Shown here piece by piece: positions 20,078 to 29,829 of a stretch of DNA of 64,000 nt; position 1 is the first letter of the stretch; each line of letters begins with the position of its first letter. The DNA lies in the NCBI GenBank assembly GCA_964458155.1, contig CAYWGP010000125.1:8264-72263 (forward strand), read 5' to 3'. The notes beneath the pieces are model-generated. The model searched no databases, was not told the DNA's origin, and was given only the letters and a program-made list of their open reading frames with translations. A program made the position numbers and the translations under genes. This DNA is from an uncultured Bacteroides sp. (GTDB lineage: Bacteria; Bacteroidota; Bacteroidia; Bacteroidales; GCA-2748055).

Positions 20078-21479
20078 GGCTGTGTTGATTCTTTAATCGC
20101 ATGAAATAGTCTTTGGAAGCCCTGACCACATGGGGGGAAAGCAGCAGGGCCGAAATCATGGTGGGGAAAGCCATCATGGCATAGGCGCCGTCGAAGATGC
20201 CCACCACGGTGCCCAGGGTGGCTGTGGCACCCAGGGGGATAGTGACCAGGTAGAACCACTTGTAGATATAGTTGTGTTTTGCTCCAAATATAAAGGAGAA
20301 ACACTTGGAGCCATAGTAGGGAAAGGAGAGCATGGTGGAGATGGAGAAGACCGCTACACAGATGGTGAGCAGGTAGGCGCCTATTCCCGGCATGGCCAGC
20401 TCAAATGCATCTGCGGTCATGGTGATCCCATCGGATTCACCGGCATTCCAGACACCTGTAATCAGCAGGGCCAGCGCGGTCATGGTGCAGACCACGATGG
20501 TGTCCACCACGGGTCCCATCATGGCCACCAATCCTTCCCGTACCGGCTCGTTGGTTTTAGCAGCACCATGAGCCATGGGGGCGGTTCCGATGCCTGCCTC
20601 GTTGGAGAAGGCCGCGCGCCTTACCCCGGTGATAACCAGTGCTCCCAGTGCTCCTCCCAGCACCGAGTTTGCACTGAAAGCATCCTCAAAAATCAGGGCA
20701 AAGCTGGGAATTATATTTTCGGCGTTGGAGAAGATGATGTAGAGTACCAGAACCACATAGAGGACAACCATCAGGGGGACCATTCGACCGGTGACCTTGC
20801 CGATTCGCTTGATGCCCCCAAAAATCACCACCCCCACCAGGAGGGCTACAATAAGACCGGAAATGAGGTCGGAACTGAAACCAGCTTCCACGTGGTTGGG
20901 TATGAGTACAACATCCCTGAATACCTGGGTCAGCTGGTTGACCTGGAACATGGGCAGGACACCTATCATTCCCATGAGCGAGAAGAAGATGGCCAGGGGT
21001 TTCCAGTTTCTCCCCAGGCCCTCCACGATAACATACATGGGTCCGCCCTGCAACTCCCCGCTGGAGTCGCGGCCCCTGAACATCACAGCCAGGGTGCAGG
21101 TAAAATATTTGGTGCTTACCCCCAGCAGGGCACTCACCCACATCCAGAAAATGGCACCGGGTCCGCCCATGCCTAAAGCAAGTGCAACACCGGTGATGTT
21201 CCCCATTCCCACTGTGGCTGCCAGTGCCGTGGATAATGCCTGGTAGTGATTGATTTGTCCGGGTTCATCGGGATCATCATATTTGCCCCGCAGGATGGCA
21301 ATGGCATGACGGAAATGCCTGAAGGGGAGCATGCGGGAATAAAGCAGAAAGAAGAGTCCGCCTCCCAGAAGCAGTATCAGCAAAGGGGTACCCCAGGCCA
21401 GGTCCGAAAAACCGGTAATGAGCCTTTCTGTGACAGAGATGGTATCGGAGGGAAGAGTTTGATTGTTCAGTTCGTTCAT
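20064..21479 (-). CDS. Alanine/glycine:cation symporter (AgcS family)
   Basis: ALAATVGMGNITGVA, GGPGAIFWMW, GGPMY, RAAFSNEAGIGTAPMAH, DTIVVCTMTA. ATG 21479 chosen; the track uses TTG 21500. Confidence 0.93.
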   Translation of the reverse strand: MNELNNQTLPSDTISVTERLITGFSDLAWGTPLLILLLGGGLFFLLYSRMLPFRHFRHAIAILRGKYDDPDEPGQINHYQALSTALAATVGMGNITGVALALGMGGPGAIFWMWVSALLGVSTKYFTCTLAVMFRGRDSSGELQGGPMYVIVEGLGRNWKPLAIFFSLMGMIGVLPMFQVNQLTQVFRDVVLIPNHVEAGFSSDLISGLIVALLVGVVIFGGIKRIGKVTGRMVPLMVVLYVVLVLYIIFSNAENIIPSFALIFEDAFSANSVLGGALGALVITGVRRAAFSNEAGIGTAPMAHGAAKTNEPVREGLVAMMGPVVDTIVVCTMTALALLITGVWNAGESDGITMTADAFELAMPGIGAYLLTICVAVFSISTMLSFPYYGSKCFSFIFGAKHNYIYKWFYLVTIPLGATATLGTVVGIFDGAYAMMAFPTMISALLLSPHVVRASKDYFMRLKNQHSHGKN

Positions 21480-21489
21480 AAGGACCGGA

Positions 21490-23277
21490 TTAATCCACAA
21501 TTCCCATCTTTTTCATCAGGAAGGAAGCGTTCATATTGGTGGCGATCCCCCTGCGGATGGTATAATCAAAACTTAGCTCCATGTCCTCAATATAACTCTC
21601 AAAGCAATAATTGACCACCAGGCCTTTATGTTCATTCTCCAGTTCTCCCAGGGAGAGGTCATGGGTGGCAATGAAGCAGCGGATAGAGTAGTTCAGAGCC
21701 TTGCGTATGAGGCCCACAGATCCCAGTTTCTTATCTGTTGTATTGGTTCCCTTCAGCACCTCGTCCAGGAGGATCAGCACTGGCTTGCCACTTTCCATCT
21801 CAAGTACAATCTCCTGTAGTTTCTTGATCTCGGCCAGGAAGTAAGATTCTTCATCCTTGAGCGAATCGGCGGTCCGCATGCTCGAATGGAGGCCCATGTA
21901 GCTGCAGCGGAATGTTGTAGCACAAACAGGACAACCAGTATAGGCCAGGACCATGTTGACCCCCAGGGACCTGAGAAAGGTGGATTTACCTGCCATATTG
22001 GCACCGGTAATTACCACCACCTTCTCGCCGGTGATCTCCAGGTCATTGCTTACTCTTTTCTGCACTGGAATCAGGGGATGTCCCAGCCCGAGAAGCTCCA
22101 TAAGCTCTGTGGCTTCATCCAGTTGGGGCACACAGTAATCAGGATGGTTCCAGGCAAATCCTGCCAGGCTGATCATGGCATCGAACCAGCCGGTGATGCC
22201 GATCCACTCCATGATATTTTCCCGGTTCTTCTTCTTCCATCTTTCCAGCAGGTGAAGCATAATAAAATCGAAGAGGAACAGACTGTTTAAGATGAATCCA
22301 AGAAACATATTCAGTCGCTGGTCAAAAATCTGCATCAGTTTTGAAAGCCTGGCCACCTGGAGCATTCCTTCCCGTGCCTTCAGGCTTTTCTCCTGCAGCT
22401 CGGGATGATTAAAAGAAGTGCCGGCAATCTGCTTCAGAAGCCGGGAGTAGCCTTCAAGCAGATCATGTTTTCTGGAAATGTAAGCCTGGTATTTCTGCGT
22501 CCGCAACAGGAAGGGGGAGAGTATCAACAAGTTTAACACGAAGGGATAGAGCAGGAGCTTGAAGCGGGAACTGTCAAAGATCCCCCAGATAATAAGGACA
22601 AGGGAAAGCAGGCTTATTCCCAGTGCCAGGTAAAACAGCCAGGGATACTTGCCGAGATAAGTGCTGGCACTTATCCAGGTGGCGATATCCTCATGGTCCT
22701 CTGGTTTTTCTTTTAGCAGTGCTCCACTGGCCGTAAAGTGCTGCCTGAAATCGATTCGCTCTCTCAGGTCCTCTGTGATAAGCTGGCGCTTCAGTATGAT
22801 CTCTGCCGAACCAGGTTCAGTGGTGAGCATCTCGGCCAGTATCTTGCTGCCTCTTAGAGTGGAAGTCCGGTTGAGGTACTGGAAAAGCGATCCCTTTCCA
22901 AAGAGGTCCAGGTCGTGGGACCAGGGATGGGAGATATCCGCGTGTTCCGATCCCTCGGGCAGATTATGAAACTTATATGCCTGGCAGGCCAGTTCTTTCT
23001 CATTGAGCAGGAGCAATTGCCTGAGCAAGTCCCTTTCACCTGTTAATCTGTTGAAAATGCTTACCAGGGAGAAAAAAAGAATCAGCATCAGGGCCGATAA
23101 GAGATAGAACAGGATGTTGCCGGTCTTGATTCCAGACACAAGCAACCAGACCATGGCTACCAGAACCACCAGCCTGGCCAGGGAAAACAGGTTGATTCGT
23201 CTTGTTAGAAGCCTCACTGCTTCACCAAAGTAGCTGATCCTTTCAGAATAAGTGTTGGAAAGATTTCCCCCGGGCAT
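21490..23277 (-). CDS. MutS-related ATPase (domain V only) with N-terminal TM helices
   Basis: ITGANMAGKSTFLR, SYFLAEIKKL, LLDEVLKGTN, ATHDL; DLDLFGKGSLFQYLNRT; no mismatch-binding domain. Confidence 0.9.
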   Translation of the reverse strand: MPGGNLSNTYSERISYFGEAVRLLTRRINLFSLARLVVLVAMVWLLVSGIKTGNILFYLLSALMLILFFSLVSIFNRLTGERDLLRQLLLLNEKELACQAYKFHNLPEGSEHADISHPWSHDLDLFGKGSLFQYLNRTSTLRGSKILAEMLTTEPGSAEIILKRQLITEDLRERIDFRQHFTASGALLKEKPEDHEDIATWISASTYLGKYPWLFYLALGISLLSLVLIIWGIFDSSRFKLLLYPFVLNLLILSPFLLRTQKYQAYISRKHDLLEGYSRLLKQIAGTSFNHPELQEKSLKAREGMLQVARLSKLMQIFDQRLNMFLGFILNSLFLFDFIMLHLLERWKKKNRENIMEWIGITGWFDAMISLAGFAWNHPDYCVPQLDEATELMELLGLGHPLIPVQKRVSNDLEITGEKVVVITGANMAGKSTFLRSLGVNMVLAYTGCPVCATTFRCSYMGLHSSMRTADSLKDEESYFLAEIKKLQEIVLEMESGKPVLILLDEVLKGTNTTDKKLGSVGLIRKALNYSIRCFIATHDLSLGELENEHKGLVVNYCFESYIEDMELSFDYTIRRGIATNMNASFLMKKMGIVD

Positions 23278-23292
23278 TTAATTCGGTTTTTT

Positions 23293-23300
23293 CAAAGATA
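23293..23300 (-). promoter_or_regulatory. Bacteroidota -7 promoter box for the MutS-like gene
   Basis: TATCTTTG on the minus strand matches TAnnTTTG, 15 nt upstream of ATG 23277. Confidence 0.5.
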
Positions 23301-23328
23301 GAAAAACCCGTTTAATGAAAGGCAGGGC

Positions 23329-23961
23329 CTAAGGCTGGCGCAGGTCAATCCGTTCAAGTTTGAGTTTATAGTAGACCGGGTAGCCGGTTTCAGGATCCGG
23401 AACAGCTTTACCATCTGCTGTTTGCCTCTGCTGCCAGATCACCGGTGTTATCCCTTTCACCTGCTTCCTGATTTCCTGATTATCTGCCTCAAGAATCCAA
23501 TCCTCATGAAAATATATGGAAAGCAGTTGTTCCTTTGGATTATAAAGCTCTGGTATGGGAAAGCGCCTGGTAATTAGTTCAATGAAATCGGATTGAAGTT
23601 TCTGAACAGCTTCTTCCTGCAGTACCGGTGCGGCTTCCTTCTGGAGATCCAGGAAAGAAAATTCATAAGAGACATTTTTAATGCGAAGCTCACCTGAGGC
23701 CGGGAAGACCAGATCCGAACTGTCTTCACAGTAAAGCACAAATTCATCTGCTTTTTTGGAAATGGAAAAGCCGGCGGGATCCAGAATCCATTCTTCCCGG
23801 AATTCCATAACACAGCCCGGGGTCTGGAGGGGATTCAATCCGGCTGGCAGGTCAATCCTGTCAAGCACCCGGTGGAAACCAGGCTGTGCCACTGCCTGAC
23901 TGAAGCCTTGAAAGGCGAGCAGAATAAGCATGGATGTCAATAGCTTGCGTGGCCCTTTCAT
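23329..23961 (-). CDS. Secreted hypothetical protein with GldN/PorN-like motifs
   Basis: Signal peptide; MEFREEWILDPAGFSISKK and IYFHEDWILEADNQEIRKQVKGITPV resemble the GldN E-x-W-x-x-D..GI-x-PV motif. ATG 23961 directly follows the upstream stop. Confidence 0.6.
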   Translation of the reverse strand: MKGPRKLLTSMLILLAFQGFSQAVAQPGFHRVLDRIDLPAGLNPLQTPGCVMEFREEWILDPAGFSISKKADEFVLYCEDSSDLVFPASGELRIKNVSYEFSFLDLQKEAAPVLQEEAVQKLQSDFIELITRRFPIPELYNPKEQLLSIYFHEDWILEADNQEIRKQVKGITPVIWQQRQTADGKAVPDPETGYPVYYKLKLERIDLRQP

Positions 23962-23962
23962 A

Positions 23963-25480
23963 TTATTCTCTTTCAGGTAGTGCTCCACAATTGCCTCGTC
24001 CGAATTTGAAAGGGATTTTCACCCCCAGGTCGACGCTCCATCCACTTCCGCTGTAAGTGACGTTTGAAGCGGCAGGAGTATCAGGGATTGAATTTGTAAT
24101 CTCGATCTGGTCGAGGTCCAGGTAACCCTGCATATAATTCACATAAAGGGTGGCAATCAAAGGGAAATTCATGGGAAGCTTATACTCAACACCCGTTCCC
24201 AGCCGGAGTACCGGCACAATGCTATGGCTTCTTGAAGCAGAATATGAAGTGCTTGCACTCACTTCTCCCTGGGTGGCAGGTGAATTGTAAGTGAAACTTT
24301 CACTTCCCTCATTATAGATTCCGGAAGAGAAATTGGTCAGCAGGGAGGCACCACCATAAATGACTGCAAGTATCTTTCCCTTATAAACATTATAAAAGTA
24401 TCTGAAGCGAAGAGGAATCTCCAGGTAGAGAGGGGCGGGCATCCTGGTCACGAAATCCACTTCATGATCGTACATAAGTGCATAAAAGGTGCTGGACCGT
24501 TGGTAGTTAAGGCCTATATCCACACCCAGATCATTTGTGAGCATATAACCTGCATAAATGCCGGTATGCAGATTGGAGTATTTAAAAAGGCCACGCTCCT
24601 CCATGGGTCTTGGACCCACTGCCGGATTATTGCCTGAAAAGGATCTCCAGAGTGCGCCAATCTCTCCCCCAAGGTAGACCTGTCCCCTGCGTTCAAGACC
24701 CTTTCCATCAAACACGGAATTTTCTATGCGTTTGCGAACCCTGTAGGATTTTAGCTGCCATATGTTGCTGAGCGGGATATTAAGTGCCAGGGTGGTAATC
24801 AGGGAATTTCCCTTGGAGGTGTAGGCTGTTGAGGATGTCCTTGCAGCCCCATCTGTATAGTCCAGTGTATAGCGGGTGGCCGGAGTTCCCAGCAGGCCGG
24901 TCATATAGGAGAGATTCAAGGAGCTCTGCCAGGAGTTGGAGAACCTGAGGCTAACTCCCAGTCCGAGTTCAAGCAGGTGTGAAATGCTTTGCTCCGTCTG
25001 CTCCTGGATATCGTAAGAGAGGGCTGTACCGTCGGGCGCTGACAGAACACTGCTTGCGGAATAGGGATCCTCGGATTGGGTCTCATGATTATAAACATAG
25101 CCTATCCTTGGAGTGAAATACACCGGGTAATCACCTGGTTTTACCACGTACTCGGCCCTGACCGGGATTAAAAATGAACTGGAAGCCAGCCAGCTACTCT
25201 GGTTGGGGCGGTCGTCGGTCATGTTGATACCATCATTGCGGGGGATGAAAAGTACACCTGTACTAATTAGCAGGTTGGAAATGACCTCCTGTCCCACGGT
25301 GATTCCCGTCATATAGCTTCGTACATTGGCATCCTGGAAGTAGCCACCGGGATCGCTCACCTTTATCATGCTCCACTGGGGACCGGCCTCCACGGTAAGC
25401 CAGGTTTTTAACTGAGCGTGAGCCTGTAAACCGAACAGGCTGAAGAGGCCTGCCAAGGCAGCTGTTTTAATAAATTTCAT
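23963..25480 (-). CDS. Outer-membrane protein with two tandem PorT-like beta-barrel domains
   Basis: Signal peptide; repeated FLIPVRAEY / YLEIPLRFRY and LELGLGV / LRLGTGVEY; both halves end in (L/V)-x-(I)-P-(L/F). Confidence 0.75.
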   Translation of the reverse strand: MKFIKTAALAGLFSLFGLQAHAQLKTWLTVEAGPQWSMIKVSDPGGYFQDANVRSYMTGITVGQEVISNLLISTGVLFIPRNDGINMTDDRPNQSSWLASSSFLIPVRAEYVVKPGDYPVYFTPRIGYVYNHETQSEDPYSASSVLSAPDGTALSYDIQEQTEQSISHLLELGLGVSLRFSNSWQSSLNLSYMTGLLGTPATRYTLDYTDGAARTSSTAYTSKGNSLITTLALNIPLSNIWQLKSYRVRKRIENSVFDGKGLERRGQVYLGGEIGALWRSFSGNNPAVGPRPMEERGLFKYSNLHTGIYAGYMLTNDLGVDIGLNYQRSSTFYALMYDHEVDFVTRMPAPLYLEIPLRFRYFYNVYKGKILAVIYGGASLLTNFSSGIYNEGSESFTYNSPATQGEVSASTSYSASRSHSIVPVLRLGTGVEYKLPMNFPLIATLYVNYMQGYLDLDQIEITNSIPDTPAASNVTYSGSGWSVDLGVKIPFKFGRGNCGALPERE

Positions 25481-25560
25481 GCCCTAGAGTTATTTTCTAC
25501 CCTTAAAACGGAGCAGATCCGAGATCATTGTATTCCCTTAACCAAGATAAATAAAAACTG

Positions 25561-26913
25561 CTAGAAGGTCATGGTGAAAATGGTCTCTTCATTGGGTGTG
25601 GACTTGGCGGTAATGGTCCCGCCGTGAAGCCTCAGAATCTGCCTGGAGAGACTGAGCCCGATTCCTGATCCGTTTTGCTTGGTGGTAAAGAAGGGGATGA
25701 AAATCTTATCAATTACCTCGTCCAGGATTCCCTGACCATTATCGATTACCTGGATGCTGGGCCTGCCACGTTTATTGTAGAAGCCCCTGATCTGGATCTT
25801 TGCCCCAAGACGTCCTTTAAGGGCCTGGACGGAGTTTTTAATCAGATTGATCAGGACCTGTTCAATCATCTGTTCATCGATTTGTACCTCGATGGTATCG
25901 GGCTTCACGGATGTTTCAAGCAGGATGTTCTTTCTTTCCACATCCTTTTTCATCAGGGTATGTACATGGCCGATTAATTCATTCATATTCACCACTGAAA
26001 AATTGGGCTCAGGGATCTTTGTCAGGCTCCTGTAGGTCTCCACAAAATTCATCAGCCCGGTGCTTCTTTTATTGATTGTTTGCAGCGCTCCCTGTATTTC
26101 CTGGATAGTTTGCAGGTCAACCTCGGGCATTCCTTTTTCGCCTGATGTATAAGGTTTAACCATGGACTCAATGGTGGAGGAAAGTGAGGAGATGGGGGCG
26201 ATGGAATTCATGATTTCATGGGTCAGCACCCGGATCAGCTTCTGCCAGGCAGCGGTCTCCTGTTCTTCCAGTACATTCTGTATGTTTTTGATGGTACTCA
26301 AAAGGATCACCTTATCCTTTACTTTGAACTCGGTTGCAAAGATGGCCAGCTGAAGGATATCCTCGTCATCCTGGACCTTCACCAGTTTGTTTTCGCCCGG
26401 ATGGATGCTCAGGAGAGTGTTGGCCAGTTTTTCACTGAGTGAACGCAGAGAATTAATGTTTCTCAGGCTGCTTACCTGGAACAGTTTCTTGGCAGCCGGG
26501 TTGATCATCTCCACGGTGCCATCGCGCTGATAGGCCAGGATACTTACATCGATATTCTGAACAATACTCTGCAGGTAATGGAAATGTTCCTCTCTTTCTG
26601 ACCGTACCTGCTGGAAATCCTTCATCACCTCATTAAAGGCCTCGTTCAGCTCATCAAATGAGCTGCCCACATCGCTTATCTGGAAGGTTCGGGTGAACTC
26701 CGAGTAGCGGATGGATTCCAGGAATCCGGCCAACTCCCTGTTGGTCCGGTCCACATACCTGATCAGCGACCAGACCTGGTAAATGATCAACCCGGCTACC
26801 AGAATGGGCGTAAAAGTGAAGGTGCTGTTCAGGGTTATGAACAGGGCAAGGCAGGTGGCTGTAAGCAGCAGTACCCTAAGTACGATGTTAAAACGAAACT
26901 GTTTAAAGGCCAT
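25561..26913 (-). CDS. Sensor histidine kinase (NtrY-like)
   Basis: WQKLIRVLTHEIMNSIAPI (H box), EQVLINLIKNS, DNGQGI, FIPFFTTK..GSGIGLSL. Confidence 0.93.
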   Translation of the reverse strand: MAFKQFRFNIVLRVLLLTATCLALFITLNSTFTFTPILVAGLIIYQVWSLIRYVDRTNRELAGFLESIRYSEFTRTFQISDVGSSFDELNEAFNEVMKDFQQVRSEREEHFHYLQSIVQNIDVSILAYQRDGTVEMINPAAKKLFQVSSLRNINSLRSLSEKLANTLLSIHPGENKLVKVQDDEDILQLAIFATEFKVKDKVILLSTIKNIQNVLEEQETAAWQKLIRVLTHEIMNSIAPISSLSSTIESMVKPYTSGEKGMPEVDLQTIQEIQGALQTINKRSTGLMNFVETYRSLTKIPEPNFSVVNMNELIGHVHTLMKKDVERKNILLETSVKPDTIEVQIDEQMIEQVLINLIKNSVQALKGRLGAKIQIRGFYNKRGRPSIQVIDNGQGILDEVIDKIFIPFFTTKQNGSGIGLSLSRQILRLHGGTITAKSTPNEETIFTMTF

Positions 26914-28279
26914 GCTTTTCCATTCTTCTGTATAAGGATGTTCGTGTTAGTCCCAGTTGTGTGGCCGCCTGGGTCACATTTCCCTGGTTCGTTTTCAGAA
27001 CTTTCTCAATAATTGTTTTTTCAATATCTTCCAGGTTGTAGGATTCCAGTTCCAGTCCGCCGCTGCTTTTCACACCCGAGGACAGGATAAAATCGTCCGG
27101 TCCCAGGCTGCTGCCATCACACATAATCACGGCCCGCTCGATGGAGTGCTGAAGCTCCCTGACGTTTCCGGGCCAGCTGTACTGGTTCAGTCTTTTAATG
27201 GCCGAGGACTGAATGTTTCTTATGGGTTTCCGGTATTTCCTGCTGTAAATTTTCAGGAAATGGTCGGCCAGCAGGGGGACATCACCGGTGCGGTCCCTCA
27301 GTGCAGGCAGGTGCACCTCTACGGTATTGATACGATAGAGGAGGTCCTGACGGAATACTCCATCGGCCACATCCTGGTGGATATTATTGTTGGTGGCGCA
27401 AATCATTCGCACATCAATGGGGATGGTCTTGGTAGATCCCACCCGTGTAATTTCACGGTTTTCAAGTACAGTAAGCAGTTTGGTTTGAAGGGGATAGGTA
27501 AGGTTGTTTATTTCATCCAGAAACAGAGTGCCCGAGGAGGCTATTTCAAAACGGCCCTGCTTCATCTTATGGGCGTCAGTAAAAGCGCCTTTTTCATGAC
27601 CGAAGAGTTCACTTTCGAAAAGTGTTTCCGGGATGGAGCCCAGATCGACGCTGATAAAGACTTCATCCTTACGGAGTGAGTTCCTGTAAAGGGCTCTTGC
27701 CACCAGCTCCTTTCCAGTTCCGTTTTCCCCGAGTATCAGAACATTAGCATCGGTGGCAGCCACCTTTTTAATGGTATTGAATACTTCATACATCTCTGGC
27801 GATTGTCCCACGAAATCGGTGTAGGGCTGGTCCAGAACTGCACTGATTTCCTGTTGCTTGAGCTTCAGGTTCTGAGCCTGTATCCTGGTGCGGCGGAGAC
27901 TGATAGCCGAGTTTATGGTCGCAAGGATCTTCTCGTTCTGCCAGGGTTTCAGTATGAAATCAGTTGCACCCATCTTAATGGCTTTCACGGCTTTTTCTGC
28001 ATCGCCATAGGCAGTGATAAAGACCACCACTGCCTGGTTGTCAATTTCCAGGATCTGAGAAAGAGCATCAAAGCCTTCCTGGCCGCTGATGGCATCCTTG
28101 GTGAAATTCATATCCAGCAGGATCACATCCCAGTCCTGTTTCTTCATAATTTCAGGGAGGCGTTCCGGGCCGGAGAGTGTTTCAATCAGTTCCACATGGG
28201 GACGTAATAACAATTTCAGGGCAAACAGGATGTCTTCATTATCATCCACCGCCAGAATTCTACCTATTTTCTGTTCCAT
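26903..28279 (-). CDS. Sigma-54-dependent response regulator (NtrC family)
   Basis: REC (VDD..LLDMNF), GENGTGKE, ESELFGHEKGAFTDA, LFLDEI, WPGNVREL, Fis-type HTH. Confidence 0.95.
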   Translation of the reverse strand: MEQKIGRILAVDDNEDILFALKLLLRPHVELIETLSGPERLPEIMKKQDWDVILLDMNFTKDAISGQEGFDALSQILEIDNQAVVVFITAYGDAEKAVKAIKMGATDFILKPWQNEKILATINSAISLRRTRIQAQNLKLKQQEISAVLDQPYTDFVGQSPEMYEVFNTIKKVAATDANVLILGENGTGKELVARALYRNSLRKDEVFISVDLGSIPETLFESELFGHEKGAFTDAHKMKQGRFEIASSGTLFLDEINNLTYPLQTKLLTVLENREITRVGSTKTIPIDVRMICATNNNIHQDVADGVFRQDLLYRINTVEVHLPALRDRTGDVPLLADHFLKIYSRKYRKPIRNIQSSAIKRLNQYSWPGNVRELQHSIERAVIMCDGSSLGPDDFILSSGVKSSGGLELESYNLEDIEKTIIEKVLKTNQGNVTQAATQLGLTRTSLYRRMEKHGL

Positions 28280-28394
28280 CTTCAGTATTTAAATGCATTT
28301 GACGTCTATAGTATTCAAAAAGGGTGCCTTATTTGCTAAATATTTAAAATTCAGAATAATAGGGAAATAAAGATACGAAAATTCCGGAATGAAG

Positions 28395-28431
28395 TGTACG
28401 TTTCCGTACATTATAATCCCAAAATCGAACA
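28395..28431. promoter_or_regulatory. Putative enhancer-binding-protein sites
   Basis: Perfect TGTACG-N4-CGTACA (28395-28410) and a related half-site CGAACA ending at 28431, 21 bp further on. Confidence 0.55.
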
Positions 28432-28496
28432 CTTTTTTTTCCAGGCTCCCTGACTGTCTAATGCTAAGTTACAGGAAAACAATCTATTATATCATT

Positions 28497-28512
28497 TGGC
28501 ACAAAAAGTGTA
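28497..28512 (+). promoter_or_regulatory. Putative sigma-54 (-24/-12) promoter of the efflux genes
   Basis: TGGCAC-AAAAA-GTGTA; GG-N10-GT spacing with a variant -12 element; 29 nt before ATG 28542. Confidence 0.55.
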
Positions 28513-28541
28513 TTAGAGACGCGTAAATAAAATCACTTAAT

Positions 28542-29819
28542 ATGACTGAACAGGACGGAATGGACCGCAAAATTGAGAAAAAGGGCTTTTTATCCCGCAA
28601 AATGATCTGGTACCTCCTTTTTGGAGCCATGATGCTCGCCGTACTGGCTGTGATTATTTTTGGAGACAAGAGTTCCAAGTACAATGTGGATGTATCCCGT
28701 ATTACCATCGAAGAGGTAAAGCAGGATATTTTCCAGGATTATATAACCGTGCAGGGAACCGTTGAACCAATTACCACCATATATCTGGATGCCGTGGAAG
28801 GGGGAAGTGTCCAGGAAATCCTGATCGATGAGGGTAATATGGTAAAGGAAGGGGATGTGATACTTCGCCTGATGAACGATAATCTCCTGCTGGAAATTAC
28901 CAACAGTGAAGCCCAGGTGGTCAGAGCCATCAATGAGCTGAGGACGGCCCGTCTGCAGATGGATCAGACCCGCTTAAATTATAAGCAGCAGATAATTGAG
29001 TTGCAAATTACAGTACAGCAGGCAAAACGGGCTTATGAGAATAATAAAGTCCTGAGGGATAAGGATCATATATCCAGGGAGGAGTTCGACCAGAGCCGTG
29101 AGTCCTATGAATCATCCAAGGAGCTCTACGATCTGGTTCTTGAAAACTATAAAAACGATTCCATATACCGGGCCATTCAGATAAACTCACTGGAAACCTC
29201 CGTAATGAGCATGGAGGCAAGTATGGAGATCATCCAGAGGCGCATGGAAAACCTGAATATCAAGGCCACGGCCAATGGGGAGCTGGCTTCTCTGAATCCT
29301 GAGATCGGTGAGGTGGTGACCTATGGTACCAGGGTAGGCACCATCAATATCCTGGATTCCTACAAGCTGAGGGTTGATATCGATGAACATTATATTGCAC
29401 GTATTCAAAGGGATCTGACAGGGGAGTGTGATTTTGCAAGTGTCCCCTATACCGGTGTTATCACAAAAATCTATCCGGAAGTGCAAAACGGCCGTTTTGC
29501 TGTGGATATGGTTTTTACGGAAGAAGTCCCTGCTCAGATACGGATTGGACAGACTTCCCGGATCAGGTTACAGCTGGGTGAATCAAAGGAAGGCGTGTTG
29601 CTTACCAAAGGTGGTTTCTACCAGACTACCGGCGGACAATGGGTATTCGTGCTGGATGAATCGGAGGAGTTTGCTGTGAAGAGAGATATCAGTATCGGGC
29701 GTCAGAATCCCAGGTACTACGAGGTGCTGGGCGGATTGGAACCCGGGGAGAAGGTGATTGTTTCTTCTTACCAGAACTATGCCGATCATGATAAGCTGAT
29801 CCTGAAACATAACCGTTAA
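28542..29819 (+). CDS. Efflux periplasmic adaptor subunit (HlyD/MacA-like)
   Basis: N-terminal TM; LDAVEGGSV..EGNMVKEGDVILRL lipoyl half-motif; coiled coil; GGFYQTTGGQWVFV; EVLGGLEPGEKVI. Confidence 0.9.
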   Translation: MTEQDGMDRKIEKKGFLSRKMIWYLLFGAMMLAVLAVIIFGDKSSKYNVDVSRITIEEVKQDIFQDYITVQGTVEPITTIYLDAVEGGSVQEILIDEGNMVKEGDVILRLMNDNLLLEITNSEAQVVRAINELRTARLQMDQTRLNYKQQIIELQITVQQAKRAYENNKVLRDKDHISREEFDQSRESYESSKELYDLVLENYKNDSIYRAIQINSLETSVMSMEASMEIIQRRMENLNIKATANGELASLNPEIGEVVTYGTRVGTINILDSYKLRVDIDEHYIARIQRDLTGECDFASVPYTGVITKIYPEVQNGRFAVDMVFTEEVPAQIRIGQTSRIRLQLGESKEGVLLTKGGFYQTTGGQWVFVLDESEEFAVKRDISIGRQNPRYYEVLGGLEPGEKVIVSSYQNYADHDKLILKHNR

Positions 29820-29829
29820 ACCTGTGGAG

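Noticed and set aside
20130-21176. 348-aa plus-strand ORF
   Set aside because: Lies entirely antisense to the well-supported AgcS symporter and has no recognisable motifs; a shadow ORF.
26957-27679. 240-aa plus-strand ORF
   Set aside because: Antisense shadow of the sigma-54 regulator. The same applies to 14987-15676, 41376-42179, 53121-53783 and the other short antisense or nested ORFs in the track.
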